64,000 bases of DNA, from the NCBI GenBank assembly GCA_964651815.1, contig CAZYWG010000011.1, forward strand, positions 1,056 through 65,055, given 5' to 3'. Positions 1 through 8,560 of the stretch are shown here, piece by piece; the stretch's first letter is position 1; every line of letters starts with the position of its first letter. Both the position numbers and the translations under genes were made by a program. Below the pieces are notes generated by a model, which saw only the letters and a list, made by a program, of their open reading frames with translations, had not been told where the DNA came from and made no database searches. This DNA is from an uncultured Gammaproteobacteria bacterium (GTDB lineage: Bacteria; Patescibacteriota; Microgenomatia; Levybacterales; GWA1-39-11).

Positions 1-952
1 ATCAACTAATATTGCACTTTCTATCTCATTTGCTATTTTTTATATTGGGTGTCTAGCGACACTTATAATTGTAAACGATACTAAAAAAATAGTAGCCCAT
101 GCTCTATTACCGGTAATCTTTGGGATAGGTATTTTTCTTTGCATATACAGGATATTGTTGGTCTACTTTCCTCCAATAGTTCCTTTAAATGGATACCAAC
201 TGGTTTCTTCATTCTATGGGTCCCATAACCACCTTGGGGATTTTTTGATTCTTCCGCTCACAGCAATTTTTTATATCTTAATGAATAAGAATAATAAAAT
301 ACACCCTCTCATACTCTTATTATTATCAATATTTTTTGCACCTTACTTTCTTTTTTCATTTTCAAGGAGCGCATATTTTTCTGTTATCGTAACATTAATT
401 TTCATGTTTTATTATTTTGTAAAAAAAGGAAGAATAAGACTGATTGAATTCAGAACTTTACTTATGATTTTGGTTATATGTATTCTCACCTTATTTATGT
501 TTTCTGTTTCAATTTTCTCAAGTCAAAAAAATTTAGTTTCTGAAATTAATACTCATCTGGTTGAGAATAACAACCTTTCATATAAAGCTCCGTTTGGTGC
601 CAGGGGAGAATATGTAAGAGAAGCTATACTTGCAATTTTTTACAAACCCATTTTTGGTGTTGGTCCGGGAAATTTTATAGAAATTTCAAAAAAGTATAAT
701 CCTATTCAGGGACTTTGGGCAGAGTCTTCTCATAATCTATTCTTAAATATAATGGTTGAAGATGGTATTGCAGCTGGGTTGATACTTTTTATTATAATTG
801 TTGAGATCTTCAGGAAGTCAGAGAAGAACATTTATTTCTTTATGGCACTAGCCTTGCTTATAAATTTTCAGACGGATTACACTTTTAGAATATACTCACT
901 GTTCTTTTTATTTTTTGTTTTGTGTGGGTTGTGTCAACAAAAAGAAAGTTAG
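1..952 (+). CDS. O-antigen ligase (Wzy/WaaL-like) family membrane protein, 5'-partial. The frame is open back to the window start.
   Basis: Multi-TM protein with the motif ...GVGPGNF...AESSHNLFLNIMVEDGIAAG typical of the O-antigen ligase family. No in-frame stop between position 2 and the Met at 155. Confidence 0.55.
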   Translation, partial: STNIALSISFAIFYIGCLATLIIVNDTKKIVAHALLPVIFGIGIFLCIYRILLVYFPPIVPLNGYQLVSSFYGSHNHLGDFLILPLTAIFYILMNKNNKIHPLILLLLSIFFAPYFLFSFSRSAYFSVIVTLIFMFYYFVKKGRIRLIEFRTLLMILVICILTLFMFSVSIFSSQKNLVSEINTHLVENNNLSYKAPFGARGEYVREAILAIFYKPIFGVGPGNFIEISKKYNPIQGLWAESSHNLFLNIMVEDGIAAGLILFIIIVEIFRKSEKNIYFFMALALLINFQTDYTFRIYSLFFLFFVLCGLCQQKES

Positions 953-1536
953 TTAGAAGGAATACAGGGCTTCATAACTACAGAGGAAACAGGTTTGTTA
1001 TTCTGAAAATAAACTCCATTTAAAATATTTCCATCGGTACCAGAATAAATATCAAAAGAAACTTTACTATTTGCAAGTCTGGTTTTACCAATAAGAGATA
1101 TTTTTACTAGTTCTGGTTGAATTTTTCCTTTATATACATAAATAACAGAAGCCTCTCTTCCTTTAATTTCTTTAACTATGAATCCTGAAGGTACTTGGTT
1201 TCCCCATTTACCTTCCCAAGCCCCAACAAAGGATGGTTGTGTTCTGCTAGCATTCGGAACAGGATTGCCAAAATCAGGTGCTACACCCGGAGGAATAAAC
1301 TGACACTTTGCAATATTTGCTGTAGTTTGTGAACCATTACTACCAGAATTTATTTGGTATTGAGTGTTATTTTTTGCTTGGTGTGGTAAAACAGGTATTG
1401 AAGACGGTAAAATGTTAAAAAAATTAAAGGTTATGACAATTAATATAACTAATACTGCAAGACAAACTCCTATAATAATTAATCTTTTTGATGACCCTTG
1501 TGTATTTGGTGTGGTATTAGGTTCGTTTGAATCCAT
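949..1536 (-). CDS. Hypothetical membrane-anchored protein, N-terminal TM then Ser/Gly/Asn-rich region. Start chosen at the internal Met (MDSNEP...).
   Basis: ORF 949..1758. The hydrophobic segment LIIIGVCLAVLVILIVITFNFF follows the Met at 1536. The upstream part of the ORF looks non-coding (AT-rich, low complexity). Confidence 0.4.
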   Translation of the reverse strand: MDSNEPNTTPNTQGSSKRLIIIGVCLAVLVILIVITFNFFNILPSSIPVLPHQAKNNTQYQINSGSNGSQTTANIAKCQFIPPGVAPDFGNPVPNASRTQPSFVGAWEGKWGNQVPSGFIVKEIKGREASVIYVYKGKIQPELVKISLIGKTRLANSKVSFDIYSGTDGNILNGVYFQNNKPVSSVVMKPCIPSN

Positions 1537-1772
1537 AAATAAATAGTAGGATAGTTTACAAGGTTTGTCAATATTACATATATAAACTCCTACGTTTATA
1601 ATACAAATATTGATATTTGTATTTTTTTGTATATAACAATTTTTAAATGTAAGAAATTGTGTAAAATAAAAAGCGTTTTTTAATAATGTCCACATTGGCT
1701 CATTATAAATAGTGCAATTTGAAATAATATACATTATTAATTTCAATTTGCGTAGCAAATACGGACTATGGG

Positions 1773-3617
1773 TTGGCGATTATTAAGCGTAGTAAAATTA
1801 ATATGGAGACAAATATTAGCGGAAAATTTAGTGAAGTTAAGAGAACTTTTATAGTTTCTGTAAGGCTTTTGAAAACTATTTGGAGCTTTGACAGTAAAAT
1901 TCTTGTATTTCAGTTTGTAATAACCGGCGCACAGTCACTAATACCCTTTATAAACGCATTTATCTACGCATTAATTATTGATCTTATTGTAAGAAACATT
2001 GGAAGACCATTCAACTCATCAAACCTAATTGTATTGCTCGGAGTGAGATTTTTAACTTTGCTTGTGCAATTTTCAATAAATTCTATTCAAAGTTATATAG
2101 ATCTTGTAACGTGGTCAAGACTCCCAATTTATTTATATCAGTTGATTTTAGGTAAAATTACAAACCTTGAGGTTGAATACTTTGAAAACCCAAAATTCCG
2201 TGATGCACTACAAAAAGTCCGTGAAAGTTATGCATGGATGCCATTAAATATGTATACGAATATTTTTGGGGTGATTCAAGCTTTAATCCAACTCGCAACG
2301 GCTTTTATATTATTATCTTTTTTAAACGTTTTTCTTGCAATAGGAATAATAGCTGCTGCAATGCCTTCTTTTTTAATCCAAATCAAATATTCAAAAACTC
2401 TTTGGGGCGTCTGGGATAAAAATTCACCTCATAAAAAAAGATTTTGGTATTTATCGGATCTAATTCAGCACAGGGAAGCTGTTAAAGAAATGAGAGTATT
2501 TGGGACTTCCAATAAATTCTTAAATGAGATATCTAGGATTCAAGAAAAATTTGCAAATGAAAATCTTGCTGTCGGGAAAAAAAGACTTAGGGATTCCTCT
2601 ATCTTAAGTTTTATAAGTTCAGTAATTTTTATTTTGATTGAGGGAACCATAGCATTTTTTACAATATTAGGCAAAATATCGCTAGGGGGGCTTTCATATT
2701 TCACATTTGTTGTTTGGAATTTTGAAGGCGGTGTGGCATCTTTTTTTAGCAGCGTATCAAAGACGTTCAATCAAAGTTTATACGTTGAAGACATTTTTAA
2801 AGTCCTAGACCTTCCGCAAAAACTACAAAAAGCTGAAAAACCTATTAAAATCAATACGGCAATTACTCCTAAAATTGAATTTAAAAATGTATCTTTTAAA
2901 TACCCGGGTTCAAAAAAGTATACGCTTAAAGATTTTTCCCTAACTATACATCCGGGTGAAAAAATAGCGTTTGTGGGCGAAAATGGTGCAGGGAAAACGA
3001 CAATTATAAAACTTCTTGCAAGGTTCTATGATGTCTCAAGCGGGGAAATATTAATTGATGGGATTAATATCAAAGAATTAGATCTTAACTCCTGGTACAA
3101 GACGATAGGTGCTATTTTCCAAGATTTTATAAAATATGAATATACATTAGCTGAAAATATCCATTTAGGCAAAATTTACGAGCCGTTTAACAAGTCAAAA
3201 ATAATATCCGCAGCAAAACTTTCTGGAACTGACAAAATCGCAGAAAAATTGGAAAAAGGTTATGATCAAATGCTTGGACTTACCTTTTCCGGAGGAACAG
3301 AATTATCTTTAGGTCAATGGCAAAAAGTTGCGCTAGGTAGGGCATTTTTACGCGATGCTCCAATTTTAATTTTAGATGAACCAACTGCCTCGATTGATGC
3401 AAAAGCTGAAAAAGAAATTTTTGATAAAGTTGAAAGATTGAGAGGAAATAAAACCGTTATAATAATTTCCCATAGGTTTTCGACTGTCAGAAATGCAGAC
3501 AAAATTTTTGTAATTAATAAGGGTAAAATTGCCGAAGAGGGAAATCATAAAGAATTGTTAGCAAATAACAAGATTTATGCCAAATTATTCAAAGTTCAAG
3601 CAGAAAAGTATCAATAA
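1773..3617 (+). CDS. ABC exporter, fused permease and ATPase (MsbA/ABCB-like). Candidate exporter of the adjacent RiPP.
   Basis: N-terminal 6-TM region. Walker A GENGAGKTT, signature-like FSGGTELSLGQWQK, Walker B ILILDEPTASID. Confidence 0.85.
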   Translation: MAIIKRSKINMETNISGKFSEVKRTFIVSVRLLKTIWSFDSKILVFQFVITGAQSLIPFINAFIYALIIDLIVRNIGRPFNSSNLIVLLGVRFLTLLVQFSINSIQSYIDLVTWSRLPIYLYQLILGKITNLEVEYFENPKFRDALQKVRESYAWMPLNMYTNIFGVIQALIQLATAFILLSFLNVFLAIGIIAAAMPSFLIQIKYSKTLWGVWDKNSPHKKRFWYLSDLIQHREAVKEMRVFGTSNKFLNEISRIQEKFANENLAVGKKRLRDSSILSFISSVIFILIEGTIAFFTILGKISLGGLSYFTFVVWNFEGGVASFFSSVSKTFNQSLYVEDIFKVLDLPQKLQKAEKPIKINTAITPKIEFKNVSFKYPGSKKYTLKDFSLTIHPGEKIAFVGENGAGKTTIIKLLARFYDVSSGEILIDGINIKELDLNSWYKTIGAIFQDFIKYEYTLAENIHLGKIYEPFNKSKIISAAKLSGTDKIAEKLEKGYDQMLGLTFSGGTELSLGQWQKVALGRAFLRDAPILILDEPTASIDAKAEKEIFDKVERLRGNKTVIIISHRFSTVRNADKIFVINKGKIAEEGNHKELLANNKIYAKLFKVQAEKYQ

Positions 3618-3724
3618 TAATTTGCCGGATTTAATCATACATATTGATGAAATTTGCAAAACTATAGTTAAGAGTACTGATTAAATTACTTTGCAAATAA
3701 ATTTACTTATGTTATTATTTCCGA

Positions 3725-4531
3725 ATGAAAGAAATATATGTGGAAATTGGAGGTTTTGTTATAAGAATTATTCTTGGAAAGAAGACCCTGGATCCACACG
3801 TTTCTTATTTGATCAATAAACTTGAAATTGAACTATTAATATACCTTAGAGGTTTTATAGTACAGAACAAACGAAAAAGATTTGATTTTGAAATTGAGTT
3901 TGAATATATAAAGGAGCCCGGCGTATTGAGTTTACAAAACGAAGATAAGATTTATATACCAATTTTTCAGAAAGTTACTGATAAAAAATTCAAAACTTAC
4001 TATAATTTGAATACATCTCAACTCGAATTAATACTCAAGTATGCCCTTTTATCACTTTTAAAGAAAAATTCAGGCTTTGGAATTCACGCATCTGTTGCAA
4101 AAGTAAATGGCAAAGCATATCTTTTTTTGGGTGAAAGTGGAGCTGGAAAATCTACAATAGTTGAGCTTATTAAAGAAGTTTTTCCAACAATTAATGACGA
4201 TATGACTTTTATCAGAAAAATAAACAGTGAGTATTGCGTTTTTCAAACTCCATTTAGCGAGAAGCCTTGGTGGATAAACAAGAGTAAAAAATTCGTCAAA
4301 GTGAATAAAATTATCTTTATTCATAAATCACGCTCATCTGATAGCAATAAAATAAATGACAAAAAAATTATAGCTAAGAGGGTTTTAGGTCAAGTTATGG
4401 TTGCGCAACACTTAGATAGTTATATAATTAAAAATGTTACAAATTTTACAAACTTTATTCAAAATTTTTATGATTTAAATTTTGAGAAAGATGTTGATAA
4501 AACTATTAGTTTAGTATCAAAATTGAAATGA
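3725..4531 (+). CDS. HPr kinase C-terminal-domain-like P-loop protein (HprK-related kinase). Putative RiPP-tailoring kinase.
   Basis: P-loop LFLGESGAGKSTIVELIKE resembles the HprK C-domain Walker A. The stop overlaps the PqqD-like gene start by 4 nt (ATGA). Firmicute lasso-peptide clusters encode HprK homologues that phosphorylate a precursor Ser (established knowledge). Confidence 0.6.
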   Translation: MKEIYVEIGGFVIRIILGKKTLDPHVSYLINKLEIELLIYLRGFIVQNKRKRFDFEIEFEYIKEPGVLSLQNEDKIYIPIFQKVTDKKFKTYYNLNTSQLELILKYALLSLLKKNSGFGIHASVAKVNGKAYLFLGESGAGKSTIVELIKEVFPTINDDMTFIRKINSEYCVFQTPFSEKPWWINKSKKFVKVNKIIFIHKSRSSDSNKINDKKIIAKRVLGQVMVAQHLDSYIIKNVTNFTNFIQNFYDLNFEKDVDKTISLVSKLK

Positions 4532-4782
4532 AATATTTTCTTAAAAAGGGGTTTATTTTTCAAAAACATCATGAGATAACTAACATAATTGATGGAGATA
4601 AATCAATACTTCATTCTTTCAACGAGGTAGGGTCTTTTATATTTGAGCAGATAAGAAAAGGAGCTGACCATGTAAAAATTATCGAACGAATGACTAAGAA
4701 ATATAAAATAAGTAAAGAAGTTGCCGAAAAAGACTTAACTGAATTTATATCTAGCCTTAAGAAAAAACAAATAATTTCTTAG
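4528..4782 (+). CDS. PqqD-family protein (RiPP precursor recognition element, RRE, peptide chaperone).
   Basis: 84 aa, ...HSFNEVGSFIFEQIRKGADHVKIIERMTKKYKISKEVAEKDLTEFISSLKKKQII matches the PqqD-like wHTH pattern. Translationally coupled to the kinase-like gene. Confidence 0.7.
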   Translation: MKYFLKKGFIFQKHHEITNIIDGDKSILHSFNEVGSFIFEQIRKGADHVKIIERMTKKYKISKEVAEKDLTEFISSLKKKQIIS

Positions 4783-6015
4783 GCTTGCAAGTGATTTCCT
4801 AAACTGGTACCAAAGAACGAAGTAAATAACTTCCAGGTTTGTGAATATAAATAACTTTCTGATTTCTGATCTTGGAGAAAGTGCATATAATATTTTAAAT
4901 CTTTTCACACCACTAGCTACTCTATAGTCTTCATTAAAAATATTAGTGCCCACCAGATCTTTTTTTATTTCGTTCATAACATCCTTTTTAGGCTTAATAT
5001 GGTTTAAAAATTTGAGTGGCATATTAAATTGATAATACTTTTGAAGTAACAGAAGAACAGGATAGATAAAATTATTAATTTTAAACTCCTCAATAAGTTC
5101 GGCAAGATCATCATAGTTTATTTTTTCAGTTTTTAAAATCTTTACTAGGAGATCATATCTATATGTGCCTGTGAAGTTGTGGTGAAATAGATGTAGCATG
5201 AGATAAACAATCAAGTTTTCAGGAGACAAAATTTTGAAATCTTGATTCAAAACCCTAATAGAGCGGTGTTCAACTAACAATTTTTTTGTAAATTCAATTG
5301 TTAGTTGATTTTGGTATAAAGAGTTGAGGTTTCCTATCTGAGTAAGCAAAAATACAGCTTCTAAGTGTATATCTAGGTAAACTGGGATGTTATTAATTAT
5401 TTTATAAAAGGTTATCTCCATATCACGAGATTTTAGCTTTTTTTGAAGTTTAGAATAAGAAGTATCTGAGATATTAAATTCTAGTCTCTTGAGGATTCTA
5501 ATTACTTTATATAAATCTTTTTTATTGATCAAAATGTCGCAGTCAGAATATATCCTTTTTGCATGGTGACCTTCATAGAAAAGATGTAAGGGTAAACCCT
5601 TGAGAAAAACATACGCTATTTTTTCTTTCTCAAAAGTATTCTTTGTTTTTACTATCTCCTGAAAATATAAAGTAGATTGGAATAGATATATATCGTTAAT
5701 ATTTATTACTCGTTTTTGTTTGCCAACGATTCTTGTTACTTTTTCAACAATTCCTAAGATAGAAGATGGATAAACTTTACCATCTGAAGTCAAGTTATTA
5801 TCCCCACGAGTAATAACGTAGCTTAAATGTTTATAAATTATTCGGTGCGTGAAGATTTGCCCTTCTTTTTTGACTGAGATGATGTCATTTACTTTTAAAT
5901 TACGGAAGTTCTGTTTTTCTATACTTATGACATCTCTGTCAAGCAAAACAGGAAACATACTATTCCCGAAAGTTTTAATTCTCAGTTCTGTGCGAGTTTT
6001 TGTAGGATGCGACAC
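4735..6015 (-). CDS. Fusion protein. N-terminal S26/S24 (signal-peptidase/LexA-type) serine peptidase domain plus C-terminal nucleotidyltransferase-fold domain. Putative leader peptidase/tailoring enzyme.
   Basis: N-term GNSMFPVL ... ITRGDNNLTSDGKV resembles the SPase I/S24 Ser-Lys peptidase motifs (GxSMxP, GDNxxxSxDS). No TM segment. C-term region ...EGHHAKRIYSDCDILI... resembles a GS...DxD nucleotidyltransferase motif. Lies immediately upstream (25-nt gap) of the precursor gene. Confidence 0.55.
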   Translation of the reverse strand: MSHPTKTRTELRIKTFGNSMFPVLLDRDVISIEKQNFRNLKVNDIISVKKEGQIFTHRIIYKHLSYVITRGDNNLTSDGKVYPSSILGIVEKVTRIVGKQKRVININDIYLFQSTLYFQEIVKTKNTFEKEKIAYVFLKGLPLHLFYEGHHAKRIYSDCDILINKKDLYKVIRILKRLEFNISDTSYSKLQKKLKSRDMEITFYKIINNIPVYLDIHLEAVFLLTQIGNLNSLYQNQLTIEFTKKLLVEHRSIRVLNQDFKILSPENLIVYLMLHLFHHNFTGTYRYDLLVKILKTEKINYDDLAELIEEFKINNFIYPVLLLLQKYYQFNMPLKFLNHIKPKKDVMNEIKKDLVGTNIFNEDYRVASGVKRFKILYALSPRSEIRKLFIFTNLEVIYFVLWYQFRKSLASLRNYLFFLKARYKFS

Positions 6016-6040
6016 TTGCTAGATTTTAACACAAGAATAA

Positions 6041-6316
6041 CTATTGGCACCCACAGCTGTAGCATGATCCGTCACCTGCATCACATCCGCAGGGTGAACC
6101 ATTAGACGAAGAGCAATCCCCGCCTCCTGAGTTACAAGTTCCTCCCCCGCAAATATCACAAGTCGCACCTTGAGATGCGCATTCGCATGATGATTGGGCA
6201 AAGACTGCCGGGACAATTGAGTTACTGACTGAATTCAAAAACCGACTACTCATAAAAAAACTAAACTTAATCTTTTGGGATTTAACACTTGGTTTTTCGT
6301 ACGAATTTATGCTCAT
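6041..6316 (-). CDS. RiPP precursor peptide. Leader about 41 aa plus a Cys/Ser/Gly-rich 50-aa core (TOMM/LAP-type).
   Basis: Translation MSINSYEKPSVKSQKIKFSFFMSSRFLNSVSNSIVPAVFAQ-SSCECASQGATCDICGGGTCNSGGGDCSSSNGSPCGCDAGDGSCYSCGCQ. 11 Cys, 12 Ser and 13 Gly in the last 50 residues. Sits directly downstream of the SagB-like and YcaO genes. Start uncertain: an alternative Met lies 21 codons in, and no strong RBS is seen for either. Confidence 0.7.
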   Translation of the reverse strand: MSINSYEKPSVKSQKIKFSFFMSSRFLNSVSNSIVPAVFAQSSCECASQGATCDICGGGTCNSGGGDCSSSNGSPCGCDAGDGSCYSCGCQ

Positions 6317-6369
6317 TTCAATAAAGTATATGCTGAAAAAAACATCATGTCAATAAAGTTTACCATTTA

Positions 6370-7125
6370 CTATACTTCCCCTATTGCCATTGTATATATT
6401 ACAGATTCTTCCAAGACGTCTAACTCCAAGTGGTTGTTTATTACATCATCTACATATCCACCAATTGCACATGCTCCAATTTTCTGACTTACGGCGTTCA
6501 AGTAAAAGTTCTGTGCCATATGTCCGGCCTCCTCTAGCATTAGTCTATACCCTCTATCTCCATACTTCATTGTGTTTCTATTAAATACTGCAGATATAAA
6601 AATTAGGCCTCCTGTTTTTTTGATCCACGGGATATTTGTAATTTTTGGAAGTAGATCTTTTTTATTGAATTTAAACATCTTTTCAAAACTATTATTCTGC
6701 ACAAAATAGTGATAAGAAGCATTGTCAAGTTCACTTTTCAAACTCAAAAAATAAACCTCTAAAGGAAAGCGTGCTCCAGGGGATGGGTAAAAACGTCTTT
6801 CCGAAGGTGTGTTATTAGGTATTCCGGCACTATAATAAAAAAGGTTACTTAATTTTTTTAAGCTCAGTTTTTTATTTGAGAAGTCACGTACTGACCTTCT
6901 TGTATAAAGGGCATCTGAAAGTAGAACGTTGCTTGCGGAAGGTTTTGGTAATTTAATCTCACTAAATCTTCCATAGCTTTTGTAATAAATCTTCTTCCAT
7001 TCCTGCGGCCAATAAATGGTGGATGAAATTCGTCTCATTTTCTTAATTTTTGTAAAGTTATGGAACCTTTGAAATTCAGTGGTAAGCTTTCCTGTTAGAT
7101 GGTAAATTGGTTTATATTTTTTCAT
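6370..7125 (-). CDS. SagB-type (nitroreductase-family, FMN) azoline dehydrogenase.
   Basis: Nitroreductase hallmark ALYTRRSVRDF and C-terminal KIGACAIGGYVDDVINNHLELD. Start overlaps the YcaO stop by 4 nt. Confidence 0.75.
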   Translation of the reverse strand: MKKYKPIYHLTGKLTTEFQRFHNFTKIKKMRRISSTIYWPQEWKKIYYKSYGRFSEIKLPKPSASNVLLSDALYTRRSVRDFSNKKLSLKKLSNLFYYSAGIPNNTPSERRFYPSPGARFPLEVYFLSLKSELDNASYHYFVQNNSFEKMFKFNKKDLLPKITNIPWIKKTGGLIFISAVFNRNTMKYGDRGYRLMLEEAGHMAQNFYLNAVSQKIGACAIGGYVDDVINNHLELDVLEESVIYTMAIGEV

Positions 7126-8381
7126 AAAAATGGGTGAGGAATTGGATTCAAACCGTCAAATTTTTTTCCAAAAAAATTTGCAACTTTTTTTAGTCTTTCA
7201 ATATTTACAACTTTTTCCTTCTCATGCTCAATTAAATATAGGGGATTAAGTCCAGGTATCATTACATAATAAGAAAGAAAGTTTAGTTTTCTAAATTCGT
7301 CCACTGTGGAATCCACGTAGTACACTTTATAACCAAGTTTTTTTAATTTTTTAAGTACTTTAGCAAGTTCTGATTTAATTTTTAAGTTAAATTTTTGAGC
7401 TTGATAATCAACTCGGCGTCCTGCAATCAAAAATTCAATATTTTTTAGACTAGATGAAGAAATCCAATATTTTGCCCTATTTGGAAACAAACCATCAGCA
7501 GTTTTAAAGTCAAAAGAGATTTTACCTTGTATTAACATATTTTTTGTATATAGCCTAGTCATCAGTGTTTCGCCAGCAGAGGCTATTATTGCATCTACGC
7601 TTTTAAACCCTGCCTTTCCTCCTAGACTAATGGCGGGACCCAGACCAGTTCTATCAATTGCCACTGATAGAAAAGAAGGAATACCGAGATCAGTTGTAGC
7701 ATCTAAAACGTATAGATCAAGATTAAATTTATGATATAAGTCTAGAATATATTTAATTCTTTTGTCTTTTATAGCTGATAAGTTAACAATTGGAGGAGAG
7801 ATTTTGTTGAGGTATACTCCCATTAGGGAATCCCTTTCAATTAATTCATAAATACCATTTAACAGTGCCATTTCGTGTGATGCTCCACCTGCTGAACCAT
7901 TAGTATTATGTGGAAAATCAAGATGAGGTTCATTCTTTAACCTTTGGTAATTAAGGTAAACAAACTGTGCAGGAATGAGTTTATTTTTATTTGTAAAGAC
8001 TTCTACCCCCTTGACCCATCCAAACTTGCTTGATTTGACTTGTGGATCTTTTGAAAAATAGCTTAGGTTAAGGAAACTTTCATTATTTTTAGGAATTTTT
8101 TTTATGATGGATTTTCTTTTGAAACTATAATTACAAAATCGCTCCATTGCTTCCCAAATAGATTTCATCACCGCTGATTCCTCATCAAAATATGATACAC
8201 CAGACCCATGAAGGTCACTTGAATTGACCTTTCCATCAGAATACTTTTTATTTGTTTTAAAATTAGTGCTAAAACTTTTTTGTCTTGGCTCGTCGTTATA
8301 TTGTGTGTTTTTTTGTACTTTTGGCTCTAGACCCAAATCATAGAGTTGATCCAAAAGAGTTATTAATTGGCCTTTCTTCAT
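7122..8381 (-). CDS. YcaO-domain cyclodehydratase (TOMM D-protein-like), standalone with no fused E1-like domain.
   Basis: YcaO motifs SAVMKSIWEAMERF and TNGSAGGASHEMALLNGIYELIERDS. 419 aa. Confidence 0.8.
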   Translation of the reverse strand: MKKGQLITLLDQLYDLGLEPKVQKNTQYNDEPRQKSFSTNFKTNKKYSDGKVNSSDLHGSGVSYFDEESAVMKSIWEAMERFCNYSFKRKSIIKKIPKNNESFLNLSYFSKDPQVKSSKFGWVKGVEVFTNKNKLIPAQFVYLNYQRLKNEPHLDFPHNTNGSAGGASHEMALLNGIYELIERDSLMGVYLNKISPPIVNLSAIKDKRIKYILDLYHKFNLDLYVLDATTDLGIPSFLSVAIDRTGLGPAISLGGKAGFKSVDAIIASAGETLMTRLYTKNMLIQGKISFDFKTADGLFPNRAKYWISSSSLKNIEFLIAGRRVDYQAQKFNLKIKSELAKVLKKLKKLGYKVYYVDSTVDEFRKLNFLSYYVMIPGLNPLYLIEHEKEKVVNIERLKKVANFFGKKFDGLNPIPHPFL

Positions 8382-8560
8382 AGATTGGAGTATATCTTAT
8401 TATTCAACTCTGAAAAAGTAAAGGATAGGATGGAATTGACTATTTCTTGAAGATTACTTAGTTAAAATCATTAGTGAATAGTTTCAAAGATTAATTTTTG
8501 TTGAACCAAAGGTGAGGTTTCTGAATGCTAAGCTGTTTTATTAATACTTTATCAAAAACA

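Noticed and set aside
6019-6216. 65-aa ORF overlapping the precursor gene in another frame
   Set aside because: Alternative-frame artefact of the Cys/Gly-rich precursor. The 91-aa frame with the leader is the coherent one.
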